Counted from the first letter of the stretch, positions 1 through 9,517 are shown. The stretch: DNA of 64,000 nt from Methanobacteriota archaeon (GCA_011526375.1 WTIT01000151.1:42130-106129); one strand, 5' to 3'. Notes: generated by a model from the sequence alone, not told the origin. Numbers and translations are program-made.

Positions 1-831
1 TAAGAAGAAATAAAGAAATGGCAAACCTGTTAATATTGCTGTAAACCAAAGCGGAGCGACTAACAATACCAGTGTTGAACTTCCAATAAAATCGAAATCG
101 GCCCCAATTCGACGCTTCTTTGGATAGTTACGCATTATTCTTACGTGCGCTCTTGCATCTCTTGAACGCTTAGCCAAAAATCGCTTTCTACCTGATTCCG
201 GAACGTGTGCTACAACTGCTTCTGGAGCATAAACTATTGATCCTCCTTGTGAAATTAGTTTCAAACTGACCTCCATATCTTCCGCATGATACCATGAAGG
301 GTCGAAACCTCCGATATCATCTAGATGTTTTCTGTTAAACATTGAACAAGGCCCATTGGCAAGGCTAGTTCTCCTCGGTCTAGAGCGATATTTCGATTCA
401 ATTTCAACCGAACGTAATACGCTGACCAAATCATCAGCTCTTTCAAAAATAGTTCTGCCTGTAACTGCCACTATATTCTCATTAGAATCTACAGGATGAC
501 TTTTTTCATATAGATTCGAAATCCAATTTTGCGTAGGCCTTACATCAATATCTGTTATGGCAACCCACTCACCTTTTGATTTTCTTACGGCTAAATTTCT
601 ACCAGCCGATAACCCGAGTGCATCTTGAGTAAACACAAAGATTGGCACCTCTCCCTCTGGATTATGCCATTTTTCCAAACATTCACGAGAGCCATCTGTC
701 GACCCATCATCAACGGCAATAATTTCAAGCGGCCGGTATGTTTGATTGGTAAGTGATTCTAAGCAACCGTCAACCCATTCTTTCCCGTTTCTAACACAAA
801 CGGTTATCGAAATTAGAGGATTATCATTCAA
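1..831 (-). CDS. Glycosyltransferase family 2 (GT-A fold), C-terminus cut by the window edge
   Basis: Absent from the ORF track because it runs off position 1. Manual minus-strand translation from a TTG that overlaps the upstream stop gives MNDNPLISITVCVRNGKEWVDGCLESLTNQTYRPLEIIAVDDGSTDGS, then GEWVAITDIDVRP, then a hydrophobic C-terminus, with no stops through to position 1. Confidence 0.7.
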   Translation of the reverse strand, partial: MNDNPLISITVCVRNGKEWVDGCLESLTNQTYRPLEIIAVDDGSTDGSRECLEKWHNPEGEVPIFVFTQDALGLSAGRNLAVRKSKGEWVAITDIDVRPTQNWISNLYEKSHPVDSNENIVAVTGRTIFERADDLVSVLRSVEIESKYRSRPRRTSLANGPCSMFNRKHLDDIGGFDPSWYHAEDMEVSLKLISQGGSIVYAPEAVVAHVPESGRKRFLAKRSRDARAHVRIMRNYPKKRRIGADFDFIGSSTLVLLVAPLWFTAILTGLPFLYFFL

Positions 832-1850
832 TCAACCACCTCAAACATAGACAAGATATCTCTGCAGCGATTTTTTACCGCAAGAGTTGAGATTTGGACA
901 ACTACTCCTGTCTTCGGCTGACCATAAATCACTGCGGTACCTATTGGTGCAAGACAATGGATTATTATCGGAGCTAAATCCTCTTCTCCCTCAACATTAA
1001 TGATTGTTGGTTCATCTTTTGATAAGGCATTTTCAACTGCATCTATCAAGGATGGCATTATATGTCCAGCTGGATTAATCGCACTCAAAATATTAGTAAA
1101 ATGAGAACTATCAATTAGTTCTGATTCGTTTAATTTAACCCTCTTTGTCATACCATCAACGATGCCAATATCTGGGATAATCCCCATACCAATTAAGGTT
1201 GCAACAGAAACATCGCCAACAGCAACTATCGAACTGTTTTGTCGATCTATTGATTCTATCGCTTCTGACATTGCAATTTCTGGGTATTCCTCTGGGCCCT
1301 CAAACAATGTTCCCATTGGAGTCTTTAGTTCATTGTCGAGTGTTGCAACCATCTTCAACTCATGTTGTCTATTTTGATCATCAATCCACGCATTACCATC
1401 AGAGTCAATCATTCCACTTCTAATTCTTGAACTACTGATTATTTTACCTGAATAATCAAGCATGTGAGGCACTTCTAAGATCGATAATTTTCCTAAACCG
1501 GAAAGTTCCCTCATTCGGTTAATTTCTTGGCAATTACCAATTGTTTCTGGAGTGGCGATAATAGCATCAGCTGACTCATGATCCGGCGCTGGTCCAAATG
1601 AATCATTCAGTTGGAAAATACTAACCGAGTGGTACGACTTTTCAGATAACCAATCATAGATTGCATCAACCCGATCATCGTATGGCTGAATGTGTGGAGA
1701 TTTCCGGCCGGCTATTTCATCGTTCACCACGTGAATCTCTACTTGTTCTGAGCGAGATATCGCCATACTAAGTAATAGTTTGTGACCTGAATGTAGCCTG
1801 TCGAATGTCCCGCCAACTAGGCAACAAGCATAACGAACCTCAGTTGCCAT
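828..1850 (-). CDS. Fusion of archaeal phosphopantetheine adenylyltransferase (N-terminal) and a DUF359-type GTP-dependent dephospho-CoA kinase (C-terminal)
   Basis: The N-terminal ~160 aa carry the cytidylyltransferase motif GGTFDRLHSGH and ISSSRIR. The C-terminal ~170 aa carry GDVSVATL, IVDGMTKR and VEGEEDL, which look like DUF359. Confidence 0.55.
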   Translation of the reverse strand: MATEVRYACCLVGGTFDRLHSGHKLLLSMAISRSEQVEIHVVNDEIAGRKSPHIQPYDDRVDAIYDWLSEKSYHSVSIFQLNDSFGPAPDHESADAIIATPETIGNCQEINRMRELSGLGKLSILEVPHMLDYSGKIISSSRIRSGMIDSDGNAWIDDQNRQHELKMVATLDNELKTPMGTLFEGPEEYPEIAMSEAIESIDRQNSSIVAVGDVSVATLIGMGIIPDIGIVDGMTKRVKLNESELIDSSHFTNILSAINPAGHIMPSLIDAVENALSKDEPTIINVEGEEDLAPIIIHCLAPIGTAVIYGQPKTGVVVQISTLAVKNRCRDILSMFEVVD

Positions 1851-1922
1851 TGCTTGACTGTAATGAATTTGGCCTTTGAGTTAATCGCTTGATTTACAGA
1901 AAATAATCCGATTTTAATAGCC

Positions 1923-2236
1923 AAAAAAACACAGCGCTGTGCCCCAGCTCCTAACGGCCTATTTCATCGCAATGCTCCAAGGCCTGACCCTCGGTGCCGG
2001 GGCGTGCTGTTTGATAGGGTGGTTGTCTTGAGTTCATTCTTACGTCACACAAGGACCCATAACCTACCAAATGGTTTACCGCTTTTGCCCCAAAAATCAT
2101 CCCCCGAAGGGTCATTTTGGTCTTCGATAGCGGACCGCACATTGGTATCGAACTTCATAGCAATTTCACAGTAGCTCTGCCCGATGTTGCTAGTGCGGCA
2201 GATTCCTCTAAGAGATTACATACATGAAGCCATCGA
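1923..2236 (-). ncRNA. Candidate structured RNA or long 3-prime UTR ending in a hairpin and U7 tract
   Basis: GC is locally elevated. The minus-strand reading contains a CCC-UUCG-GGG tetraloop hairpin (plus coordinates ~2101-2113) and the palindrome CACAGCGCTGTG followed by TTTTTTT (plus 1923-1941). The only ORF here is a 63-aa one, probably spurious. Confidence 0.2.
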
Positions 2237-2237
2237 T

Positions 2238-4760
2238 TTAAATGGTATTTTTATGATATGAAATACCATAAATTAACGCGCCAATTGTTGGGTCACCCTC
2301 CTTGATTACATCAACTGTAAAGTTGGGCCAATTCTTGATATCTCGTAATAAGTACGCCAATTTAGGATGGGTTCGTGGAGTCACCCTGTAGTTGGAATCC
2401 TCTAATTTTGAGACCAAGTCAAATACATCCATGAGTGAATTCTTTGCCACTGATTCCTGCATTATCGGAATATACAGTAGGTCACCACTATCTGGTATTT
2501 TTCTTGCAAACCTTTGTTGCAAACCGGGCGGCCCCCATAATTCTCCATTTAACCTGAAAATCAAGGCAGGCCACGGTATTTCTTGTTGAGCCAACCATCG
2601 ACGACCTGATGAATTTGACAGTTGGCTGACAAGCCAGTTAGCTGAATTCCCACACCACCACTGGTATGGCAATAAACTCATGAAACTCCTCATCAAATCA
2701 TTTGATATTGGTTCAATATTTTGCTGGACAGAGACATATTTACCCCAATTGTGTAAAATAGAGTCTACGGGGTGAATTTTTGATGCTAGCATGACTTTTG
2801 AGTGTGCATCATAACGGTCAAGATTTCCTTTCCCGTCGTCTCTAAACAATGCCTCAAGCACCTCACTAGCAAACAATGGGGAATCCAACCACTCATCTAT
2901 GCAAGATTTAACAATCTCTGAAAACTCATCTGACAATTTGTCACAAATCAATAGGATTGCTGTAGCAATAGCGATGGAATCCGTAGAATTAACATTAAAT
3001 TTCTTTGTCTCTACTATTGTTTGATTATCCAGCAAAAACTGATTGGAAATTTCTCGAATGGCTGCTAAACGCCATTTATTACTTGCATGATTGATACAGG
3101 ATAACAGCAAATCAAGAGAAATTGTCTCGACTGACATTAGGTCAGCCCAGTCACCATCTAGTTTCTGTGAAATTCTTACCCACCTACCAGGGCGGTGCTC
3201 GGATGGTGTTGCAATCCATGCAGCAAGAGGATTGGAGGATTCTATTCTGTTAGCCCACTCCTCACTTCCTTCCGGATACTTATGTAAGGCCTGCCAAATC
3301 TCATTTCTATGGTTAAAATCCTCAGTTGAACTAGACATTGAAGCCAAATCCCAAATTCCATTTTGGAACGACTTTAACAATTCTCTTGCATCGCTAGGAT
3401 ATACACTATGTGCGACCTCTACAACATTTGTTGATTTGTTAGATAGTTCGATATCCAAGGAATGTTGATTCTGCAAACTTAGTCTTGCCATAGCTAATTT
3501 AGGCAAGGAGATTAATCGCCCCAAAGATGAACTAATGTGAACTGCATCCCCTGTTCTTGTTACTAATAACCTGCAGTTGTCATCCCTTAGCATATGGTCT
3601 AGAAACTCAAGATTGGACTTACTGTCAAAATCCCACTCGATTACATATGGATCGTCATAGTTGGCTCTAATGTGTAAAATAATCGACTTCAATCCGGTTA
3701 TTGTAAGATTAGAAATTTCAACATTATTCGGGATTTCATTTATCCAATCACAATAACCAAAATCCTTTGATATCTCTTTTTGCATTACAACGCTTAAACC
3801 ATTTACTGAGTTGCTTTCGATGGTATACTTTATCTCCTCAAATTTGGCTTGTAACCTATCTTTTGATAGTCTCTTGTGACGCAATTTGAGCCAATCATAT
3901 AAACAACCTATTGGGAGTAGACTAACATCAGGTTTTACGACATTTTTCCTTAACACACATGCGTTATTGGAAAATGAATTTATCAGTAAATTAACATCGA
4001 TATCCGAAGTTAGATGCGCATGAAGTCTTGAATTCCAAGATATGCTATTATCTGTTCCAGTGATTCTACCAATGACCTGAGAACCGTTAGTTAAGTCGGG
4101 TGGCAACTGGATATCTCTACTTCTTGGAGTTTTGAATTTTGTACCTGGAGGAACATTCCATTGATTTACTGGCTTGAATAATTTAGCCCTTAGTAAGGCA
4201 AAAGAATCTTCTCTTTGTAACCAAGCATCCAGCGTACCTGCAGCAAGTTCACTTGGTGGAGTGATTTGCCGCAATTCTTTAGCTGAGTACCATCGCAATG
4301 AATTTGGAATTACAGAGCCCCAAATCACCCCCTCTGTTCCACTGGAATTTTCATTACCTCCATTATTCAGGCTAAATGGATCTAATGGTAGTGATAATAA
4401 TGAAGTTGGAGTGTTTTTGTGGTAACATAACAGCAAATCTGTACCTTTAGATTCTAACACTATGCCGTCATAATCAGACTCCAAATTACTAGAATATTTC
4501 TTGTATAAGGTTAGACAATCTTGTTCTAATAAATCTCTACCATGTTCTGTAATACTGTGAATAGCACCACGAATTCCGTGAGTATCGTCCCTATGGACAA
4601 GATTTCTTTTTCTAAGTTCACTCAATGCTAGAGAGGTATGAGGCGTTCTAATAGTCAAAGCAGTCGAAATTTCTGTAAGTGAGCCACTATAATCCAATAA
4701 CCAGTTTAGGATTCTCCTCTGTGTGCGACTTCTAAGCCTTCTACTGGACAAAATTGTCAC
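2238..4760 (-). CDS. Large (840 aa) protein of unknown function with an N-terminal winged-helix DNA-binding domain
   Basis: Long uninterrupted ORF. The N-terminus SRTQRRILNWLLDYSGSLTEISTALTIRTPHTSLALSELRKRNLVHRD resembles ArsR/MarR-type wHTH. No P-loop, HExxH or other catalytic motif was recognised in the remaining ~780 aa. Confidence 0.5.
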   Translation of the reverse strand: MTILSSRRLRSRTQRRILNWLLDYSGSLTEISTALTIRTPHTSLALSELRKRNLVHRDDTHGIRGAIHSITEHGRDLLEQDCLTLYKKYSSNLESDYDGIVLESKGTDLLLCYHKNTPTSLLSLPLDPFSLNNGGNENSSGTEGVIWGSVIPNSLRWYSAKELRQITPPSELAAGTLDAWLQREDSFALLRAKLFKPVNQWNVPPGTKFKTPRSRDIQLPPDLTNGSQVIGRITGTDNSISWNSRLHAHLTSDIDVNLLINSFSNNACVLRKNVVKPDVSLLPIGCLYDWLKLRHKRLSKDRLQAKFEEIKYTIESNSVNGLSVVMQKEISKDFGYCDWINEIPNNVEISNLTITGLKSIILHIRANYDDPYVIEWDFDSKSNLEFLDHMLRDDNCRLLVTRTGDAVHISSSLGRLISLPKLAMARLSLQNQHSLDIELSNKSTNVVEVAHSVYPSDARELLKSFQNGIWDLASMSSSTEDFNHRNEIWQALHKYPEGSEEWANRIESSNPLAAWIATPSEHRPGRWVRISQKLDGDWADLMSVETISLDLLLSCINHASNKWRLAAIREISNQFLLDNQTIVETKKFNVNSTDSIAIATAILLICDKLSDEFSEIVKSCIDEWLDSPLFASEVLEALFRDDGKGNLDRYDAHSKVMLASKIHPVDSILHNWGKYVSVQQNIEPISNDLMRSFMSLLPYQWWCGNSANWLVSQLSNSSGRRWLAQQEIPWPALIFRLNGELWGPPGLQQRFARKIPDSGDLLYIPIMQESVAKNSLMDVFDLVSKLEDSNYRVTPRTHPKLAYLLRDIKNWPNFTVDVIKEGDPTIGALIYGISYHKNTI

Positions 4761-4814
4761 CTCTAACTGTTCTAGCCTTAAATGTTTTATAGTTTTATTG
4801 TTAAACTAACTAAA

Positions 4815-4919
4815 TTGTTACATTTAGTTACGTATTTCCACTGGAAAAGTTTGTTACAACTTACAACCCATCATAATTGGTTCATTTTTTACACTTAATT
4901 TCGTACCTAAATGTAACAA
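4815..4919. promoter_or_regulatory. Divergent promoter region with a perfect 13-bp inverted repeat TTGTTACATTTAG ... CTAAATGTAACAA and an extra TTGTTACAAC half-site
   Basis: The arms lie at ~4815-4827 and ~4907-4919, about 79 bp apart. TTGTTACA recurs at ~4851, followed by a TTACAAC direct repeat. The region sits between two divergently transcribed wHTH genes. Confidence 0.4.
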
Positions 4920-5011
4920 ACTGGTGTTTTTGGAGGAACTATTATATCAGCCACCGATGTCCTGTCATTTAGTGGCAATTATTCGATGGATATGCGCTGC
5001 GTGACAGATGA

Positions 5012-5350
5012 GTGATTAAGATGAAAACTACCAGAATCAGAGAGAAGATTAAGAAATTTTTAGGCGAACGACCCCGTAACACTGCGGAGATTCTGGAACA
5101 CATCAATAGTACGATGCGACATGGCACTACAAGCCAACAATTAGGAAACGTACTTTCAAAAGACAAAGACATCGTCAAAGTCGGTTACATCAAGAGATCA
5201 GGTATTCTCTCTGGAGGATATGACATTTGTGAATGGGCAACTCGCACATGGGTTTCCAGCAACTGCCCTGGTTGGGAAGAAGGAACTCCAATCATCATTG
5301 ACCAAGAAGGCAATGTAACCACTGGAACCCCTCCTGAAGACAAGTACTGA
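5012..5350 (+). CDS. Small winged-helix protein, paralogous to the N-terminus of the 840-aa protein
   Basis: TTRIREKIKKFLGERPRNTAEILEHIN follows the same pattern as the wHTH start of the divergent 840-aa gene. Confidence 0.4.
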   Translation: MIKMKTTRIREKIKKFLGERPRNTAEILEHINSTMRHGTTSQQLGNVLSKDKDIVKVGYIKRSGILSGGYDICEWATRTWVSSNCPGWEEGTPIIIDQEGNVTTGTPPEDKY

Positions 5351-5352
5351 GA

Positions 5353-6414
5353 TTATTCGGTTAACAACCGATGAAAGTGGTGAACACCCTTTTCCATAGT
5401 AGGCGAATAGCGCCCACGCTGATACAATTTAGACTCCATCCCTATATTGCAAGATTCAACAATCCATTGATCTTCATGCTCCACTGTGTCAAGTTCACCA
5501 CCAGCTCCAACTCCAATTTTACTTGAGTCACAAACCAAACCGAAGTATGTGATGTTTGTTTGGGAAACATTTAGTGGGTCAACAACATTAACTGAAATAC
5601 CCCATGGATAAAAGTTCAACATAAGATTAGGGAATATCCACCAATAATACGCAGCAATATTTCTTCCGTAATCTTGGTGCCCCTCAGGGATCTCAAAACA
5701 ATCTCTAACTTCCTGTCCTTCTCCTATTTGCAAGACTGCATTATCAAACAATTCTGTTTGATATGAAGCATAATCAATTACTGAATTTAGTGTTTTGTGG
5801 ACATAAGGTATGTGAAAACCCTCGAGATAATTATCGACATACAATAACCAATTTGCTGACACTTTGTGTAATCTGTCCAACTCCTCAACTCTTACAAGTT
5901 TTGAAAAGTTAAAAAAATTCATTCGCTGTTCAACGGCATTGATATATTGTTCGAATGTCTCATCTGTAGAAAAACTAGCAAACAATAAGCCATGCCAATT
6001 GACTACTTGGGCAGATGGTAAATCGTCAGCAGAGGATGGAAAATTCTTGACTTCTGAGAATTCTGGCATGTGTTTGAACTCACCAGATAGTGAGAATGAT
6101 CGACCATGATAAGGACAGCTAATTGTCGATGATGTGGTTTTCTTGTCACACAAAATCATCCCTCGATGGGTACAAACATTTGAGATACAATGATATCCTG
6201 ATTCGGATTTTGTAAGGATCATTGGAATGTCTCCAATTGTAACTGGTACAATATTGTCGTTTTCTAACATAGATTCAAGGCCTATGAAGCTCCAAGTTGA
6301 GGCAAACTTTTCCAGTAAACTTGAGTATTTTTCACTATCGTTATAGTACCCTGAAGGGAGTGTCTCTGCTAATGTAATATCTGGATGAATAACACCCATT
6401 GTCCCACCATACAA
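5353..6414 (-). CDS. Rieske [2Fe-2S] non-heme iron oxygenase alpha subunit (small VanA/CntA-like class)
   Basis: Rieske motif CTHRG...(17 aa)...CPYHG. The protein is ~350 aa with a C-terminal catalytic domain. Confidence 0.7.
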   Translation of the reverse strand: MYGGTMGVIHPDITLAETLPSGYYNDSEKYSSLLEKFASTWSFIGLESMLENDNIVPVTIGDIPMILTKSESGYHCISNVCTHRGMILCDKKTTSSTISCPYHGRSFSLSGEFKHMPEFSEVKNFPSSADDLPSAQVVNWHGLLFASFSTDETFEQYINAVEQRMNFFNFSKLVRVEELDRLHKVSANWLLYVDNYLEGFHIPYVHKTLNSVIDYASYQTELFDNAVLQIGEGQEVRDCFEIPEGHQDYGRNIAAYYWWIFPNLMLNFYPWGISVNVVDPLNVSQTNITYFGLVCDSSKIGVGAGGELDTVEHEDQWIVESCNIGMESKLYQRGRYSPTMEKGVHHFHRLLTE

Positions 6415-6415
6415 A

Positions 6416-7300
6416 TCAGGCTTGGAAAATTTCTAAGGCCTCTTCCACTGATGCCCCGTCGCATATTATGGCATGACAAGCAGCAGTCATTCTTACTGCA
6501 CTTTCAGTATCCTTTTGGTGGATATTTCGGCCAGTGGCTGCGCCACGACAATTCCCAGTATTCATCTGTTCCCAAAGCCTTTGCAAGAATTCTTCCGGAG
6601 GCAAAGTACCACCGCCAGAGCAGATTATTCCACATCGCCCGGCAGCCTGGGAGGCAATAGCAAGAGATTCTGCTCTCGTCATTCCTGGATATTCACTTGG
6701 ATAATTGACCTTAGCAAAATCAGCTCCAATACAGGCTGCAACACCGGCGGCTCCAGAAATTAACTGTGGATCTTTTTCATTGGCAACAGCTTTTCCACGT
6801 GGATACATCCAAACAACCGTTACCATCCCCAATTCGTGTGCTTGGCGAATAAATTGAGCGGCCTCTGACATCATCTCATGTTCATATTCGCTTCCGATGT
6901 AAATTGTGTAACCGATACCAACAACGTTGATTCCATTATGGACAAGAGACATAACATCATCCATATCCCAAAGTGCTTGAGATACAGGGTCTCTCTGTGT
7001 AGTTTTTACCATGTGGGATTTCGAATTTAGTTTGACCAAATATGGAATGTCTGGGTAATCTCTAGCATAGTGCGAAATTAGTCCGAGTTGTCCCGCAAGA
7101 ACCCCGATTGTTCCTTCTTTATGACATCGGTTGCCAATTTCAAACAAGTGGGCAGGGTCGTTTGATGAAAGCGGAATCTCGTTGCCACCATCATAGAAAT
7201 CATCATTCAAATGTTCAATCTTTTGATCACAAGCAAACAAATTCATCTTACCTGTTCCGGCAGTCGCTGCATCCATATTTTGGATGAATGTTGGTATCAA
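6416..7300 (-). CDS. Class I fructose-bisphosphate aldolase, archaeal DhnA/FbaB type
   Basis: ~290-aa TIM-barrel aldolase signature. GADFAKVNYP corresponds to the Schiff-base lysine region. Confidence 0.55.
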   Translation of the reverse strand: MIPTFIQNMDAATAGTGKMNLFACDQKIEHLNDDFYDGGNEIPLSSNDPAHLFEIGNRCHKEGTIGVLAGQLGLISHYARDYPDIPYLVKLNSKSHMVKTTQRDPVSQALWDMDDVMSLVHNGINVVGIGYTIYIGSEYEHEMMSEAAQFIRQAHELGMVTVVWMYPRGKAVANEKDPQLISGAAGVAACIGADFAKVNYPSEYPGMTRAESLAIASQAAGRCGIICSGGGTLPPEEFLQRLWEQMNTGNCRGAATGRNIHQKDTESAVRMTAACHAIICDGASVEEALEIFQA

Positions 7301-7356
7301 CTCGTCTGGAACATCTGCAGGAACATCATACTTTGTCAGCCCAAATCACCCCTAAC

Positions 7357-8223
7357 TCAGTTACCTGTAAAGTTAGCAACGCGCTTTTCAACATATGCCG
7401 CAATACCTTCTTTGGCATCGGTGCTGTTGAACAAGGCTGCCTGTAATTCACGCTCTAGCGCCAAGTGGTACTCGAACGGAATCTCTGGTCCGGTTTGACA
7501 AGATCGCTTGATGTTGCCAACGGCTTTTACCGCCTTGTTTGGCAGTGTGAATTGAGAACACCAATCCAAGATGTCTCTGCGGAAATCTTCTGGGGAGCCT
7601 TCCCAAATGTGGTTGATTAGATTCGATGCGTGAGCATCTTCGAAGGACATTAATTCTCCAGTTACCATCATTTCCAATGCTTTTGCTTTACCGATTAGTC
7701 TGGTTAATCGTGCTGTACCACCTGTTCCGGCTAATACACCGAGATTGATCTCAGGAAGACCAACTTTTCCGGAGTTCTTTCTAGCGATTCTAATGTCAGC
7801 AGCCATAGCGATTTCAAGACCTCCACCGACTGCGTGTCCGTTGATTGCACATACAACAAGTTTGGATGTTTGCTCCAATCTTGAAAGAGTTTCATTGGCG
7901 TGCAAACAGAAATTGTACTTGAATCCAGGTGAAACAGAATTCAACATTTGAATTGATGCTCCTGCCGAGAAGAAAGATGCACCGTTGCCAGTTAGAACAA
8001 TACAGGTAACATCGTCATTAAATCGTGCTCTGACGATTGCTTCATCTATGTCTCGCATCATCTCATGAGTATAGGTATTTGGCGAACGGTCATTTGGACC
8101 GTCTAACGGTTTACCGGCTGAATCTGAAGTGAGTTCAATCACAGCAATTCCATTTTCAGTAACTCCATAATTTACCAACTTATTTGGCATAGGCTCGAGT
8201 TTTAATCCATACAGGTCGCTCAT
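7357..8223 (-). CDS. Enoyl-CoA hydratase/isomerase (crotonase family)
   Basis: Crotonase oxyanion-hole motifs FFSAGASI and INGHAVGGGLEIAMAADIRIA. Confidence 0.85.
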   Translation of the reverse strand: MSDLYGLKLEPMPNKLVNYGVTENGIAVIELTSDSAGKPLDGPNDRSPNTYTHEMMRDIDEAIVRARFNDDVTCIVLTGNGASFFSAGASIQMLNSVSPGFKYNFCLHANETLSRLEQTSKLVVCAINGHAVGGGLEIAMAADIRIARKNSGKVGLPEINLGVLAGTGGTARLTRLIGKAKALEMMVTGELMSFEDAHASNLINHIWEGSPEDFRRDILDWCSQFTLPNKAVKAVGNIKRSCQTGPEIPFEYHLALERELQAALFNSTDAKEGIAAYVEKRVANFTGN

Positions 8224-8263
8224 GTGTCAACCGAGATGGACTAGCATTATGAATAAATCGCAT

Positions 8264-9517
8264 TCAACTTTTGGGAATTGAAATCTGGTCTGAGTCTTCT
8301 GCGAAGGAGGTTTTTCCCCCGCCTTTCCTTATCAAATTCCACTGCTCTTTTACGGCCATCGCTTCCTTGGATGGCTCCCAGTCATCTCTTTTCAAGGCCT
8401 TCCTAAATGGCATTCTCCGTACTCCTCGGCCCATAGAATTCTCATCTTTTTTGAGCATGAAAGGATTGACTATTTTGTAGATAAAATTTTTGAAAAATGT
8501 TGGTCTGAATAATTTTCCAATCCATATAAGACCATCGCCACGCTTGCTTTGGTCTTTCATCCAACGATTACACATCATCTTGAATGACCTATCTCCGACA
8601 CGGTTCATCAACCAACGATTGGCAACGCTAGTTTTGACATACGGCAATAATTGTTTCCTGACTTCTGTTTCGTAGTTTGATTCACCAAGGATATCCTTAG
8701 CTGCTAGAACCCCAGACCACACGGCCATCCTCATTCCAAAGCCCCACATGAAATCCTGCAGACCGCCCGATTCACCGACGTAATATCTCCCATCCTGAAA
8801 GTAATTTTTGTTAATTGTAAAATCTCCTTTACCGCCAACCCGCTTGATCGGTTTTCGCTTCAACTCCGGATAGTGCTTGTCATACCAAGCAATTGTCTCG
8901 TTGAGAAATCTGTCTGATTTCTTTTGTTTGCGCCAAAGACAAGTACAAATCAAGCCAACTCCGTCGATAATGATCAGGTATGAGTATGCACCTGGTGCCA
9001 ATTTATCGTTTAATTGAAATGCGATATGATTAGGGTGTTCAGTATGAAAAATCTCACCATATGCGACAGCCGATGTACCTTTTGGACCACAGGCAATAAT
9101 TTGACAATCTTCTTCTTTTACTTTTGATTTGTAATGAATCTTAGCGCCTGCAGCTAAAGCCTGGCGCTTTATTCCTTGATCGATGGTATGACTTGAAGTG
9201 CCGCGCTCAACTATACGATAGGCAACTTTGGGGCTTTTCGCTTGAGTAATAGTATCATCTGGATGAATTAAATCAACTACTTTGAACTCAGTAGCCTTGA
9301 ACTCACTGGTATCAAAACCCCATGATTTTAGTTGGTCAAAAAAATCATTGTCCATACTCCAATTTTCTAACGCTTGAAAATCCCCATCAAACCTAGCGCC
9401 TGATTCTTCTCTGATATCATGAACATGGACTTCAACGCCGGCTTTTGCTAGAATTGTTGCGGCTGCTAAACCCGACAAGCCAGCACCCATGATATTGACT
9501 GGGGTTGCCTCCGCCAT
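8264..9517 (-). CDS. FAD-dependent oxidoreductase, geranylgeranyl reductase-like
   Basis: Dinucleotide-binding GAGLSGLAAATILAKAGVEVHVHD. The start was moved to the internal Met (MAEATP) so it does not overlap moaE on the opposite strand. The basic C-terminal extension is unusual. Confidence 0.55.
   Translation of the reverse strand: MAEATPVNIMGAGLSGLAAATILAKAGVEVHVHDIREESGARFDGDFQALENWSMDNDFFDQLKSWGFDTSEFKATEFKVVDLIHPDDTITQAKSPKVAYRIVERGTSSHTIDQGIKRQALAAGAKIHYKSKVKEEDCQIIACGPKGTSAVAYGEIFHTEHPNHIAFQLNDKLAPGAYSYLIIIDGVGLICTCLWRKQKKSDRFLNETIAWYDKHYPELKRKPIKRVGGKGDFTINKNYFQDGRYYVGESGGLQDFMWGFGMRMAVWSGVLAAKDILGESNYETEVRKQLLPYVKTSVANRWLMNRVGDRSFKMMCNRWMKDQSKRGDGLIWIGKLFRPTFFKNFIYKIVNPFMLKKDENSMGRGVRRMPFRKALKRDDWEPSKEAMAVKEQWNLIRKGGGKTSFAEDSDQISIPKS

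Noticed and set aside
1162-1423. Track ORFs (71 and 74 aa) on the plus strand inside the PPAT-DPCK gene.
   Set aside because: They lie antisense within a well-supported longer gene and have low-complexity translations. They are shadow ORFs.
1951-2142. 63-aa ORF within the GC-rich intergenic region.
   Set aside because: No recognisable protein features. The region looks more like structured RNA or a 3-prime UTR.
3091-4425. Plus-strand ORFs (125, 83 aa and others) opposite the 840-aa gene, plus similar antisense ORFs throughout (for example 10524-10847, 11527-11961, 17120-17458, 19860-20267, 37525-38133, 43245-43928, 46588-47160, 52997-53581).
   Set aside because: All sit inside longer ORFs with clear family signatures or coherent membrane profiles on the opposite strand, and none has a motif. 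They are treated as spurious.
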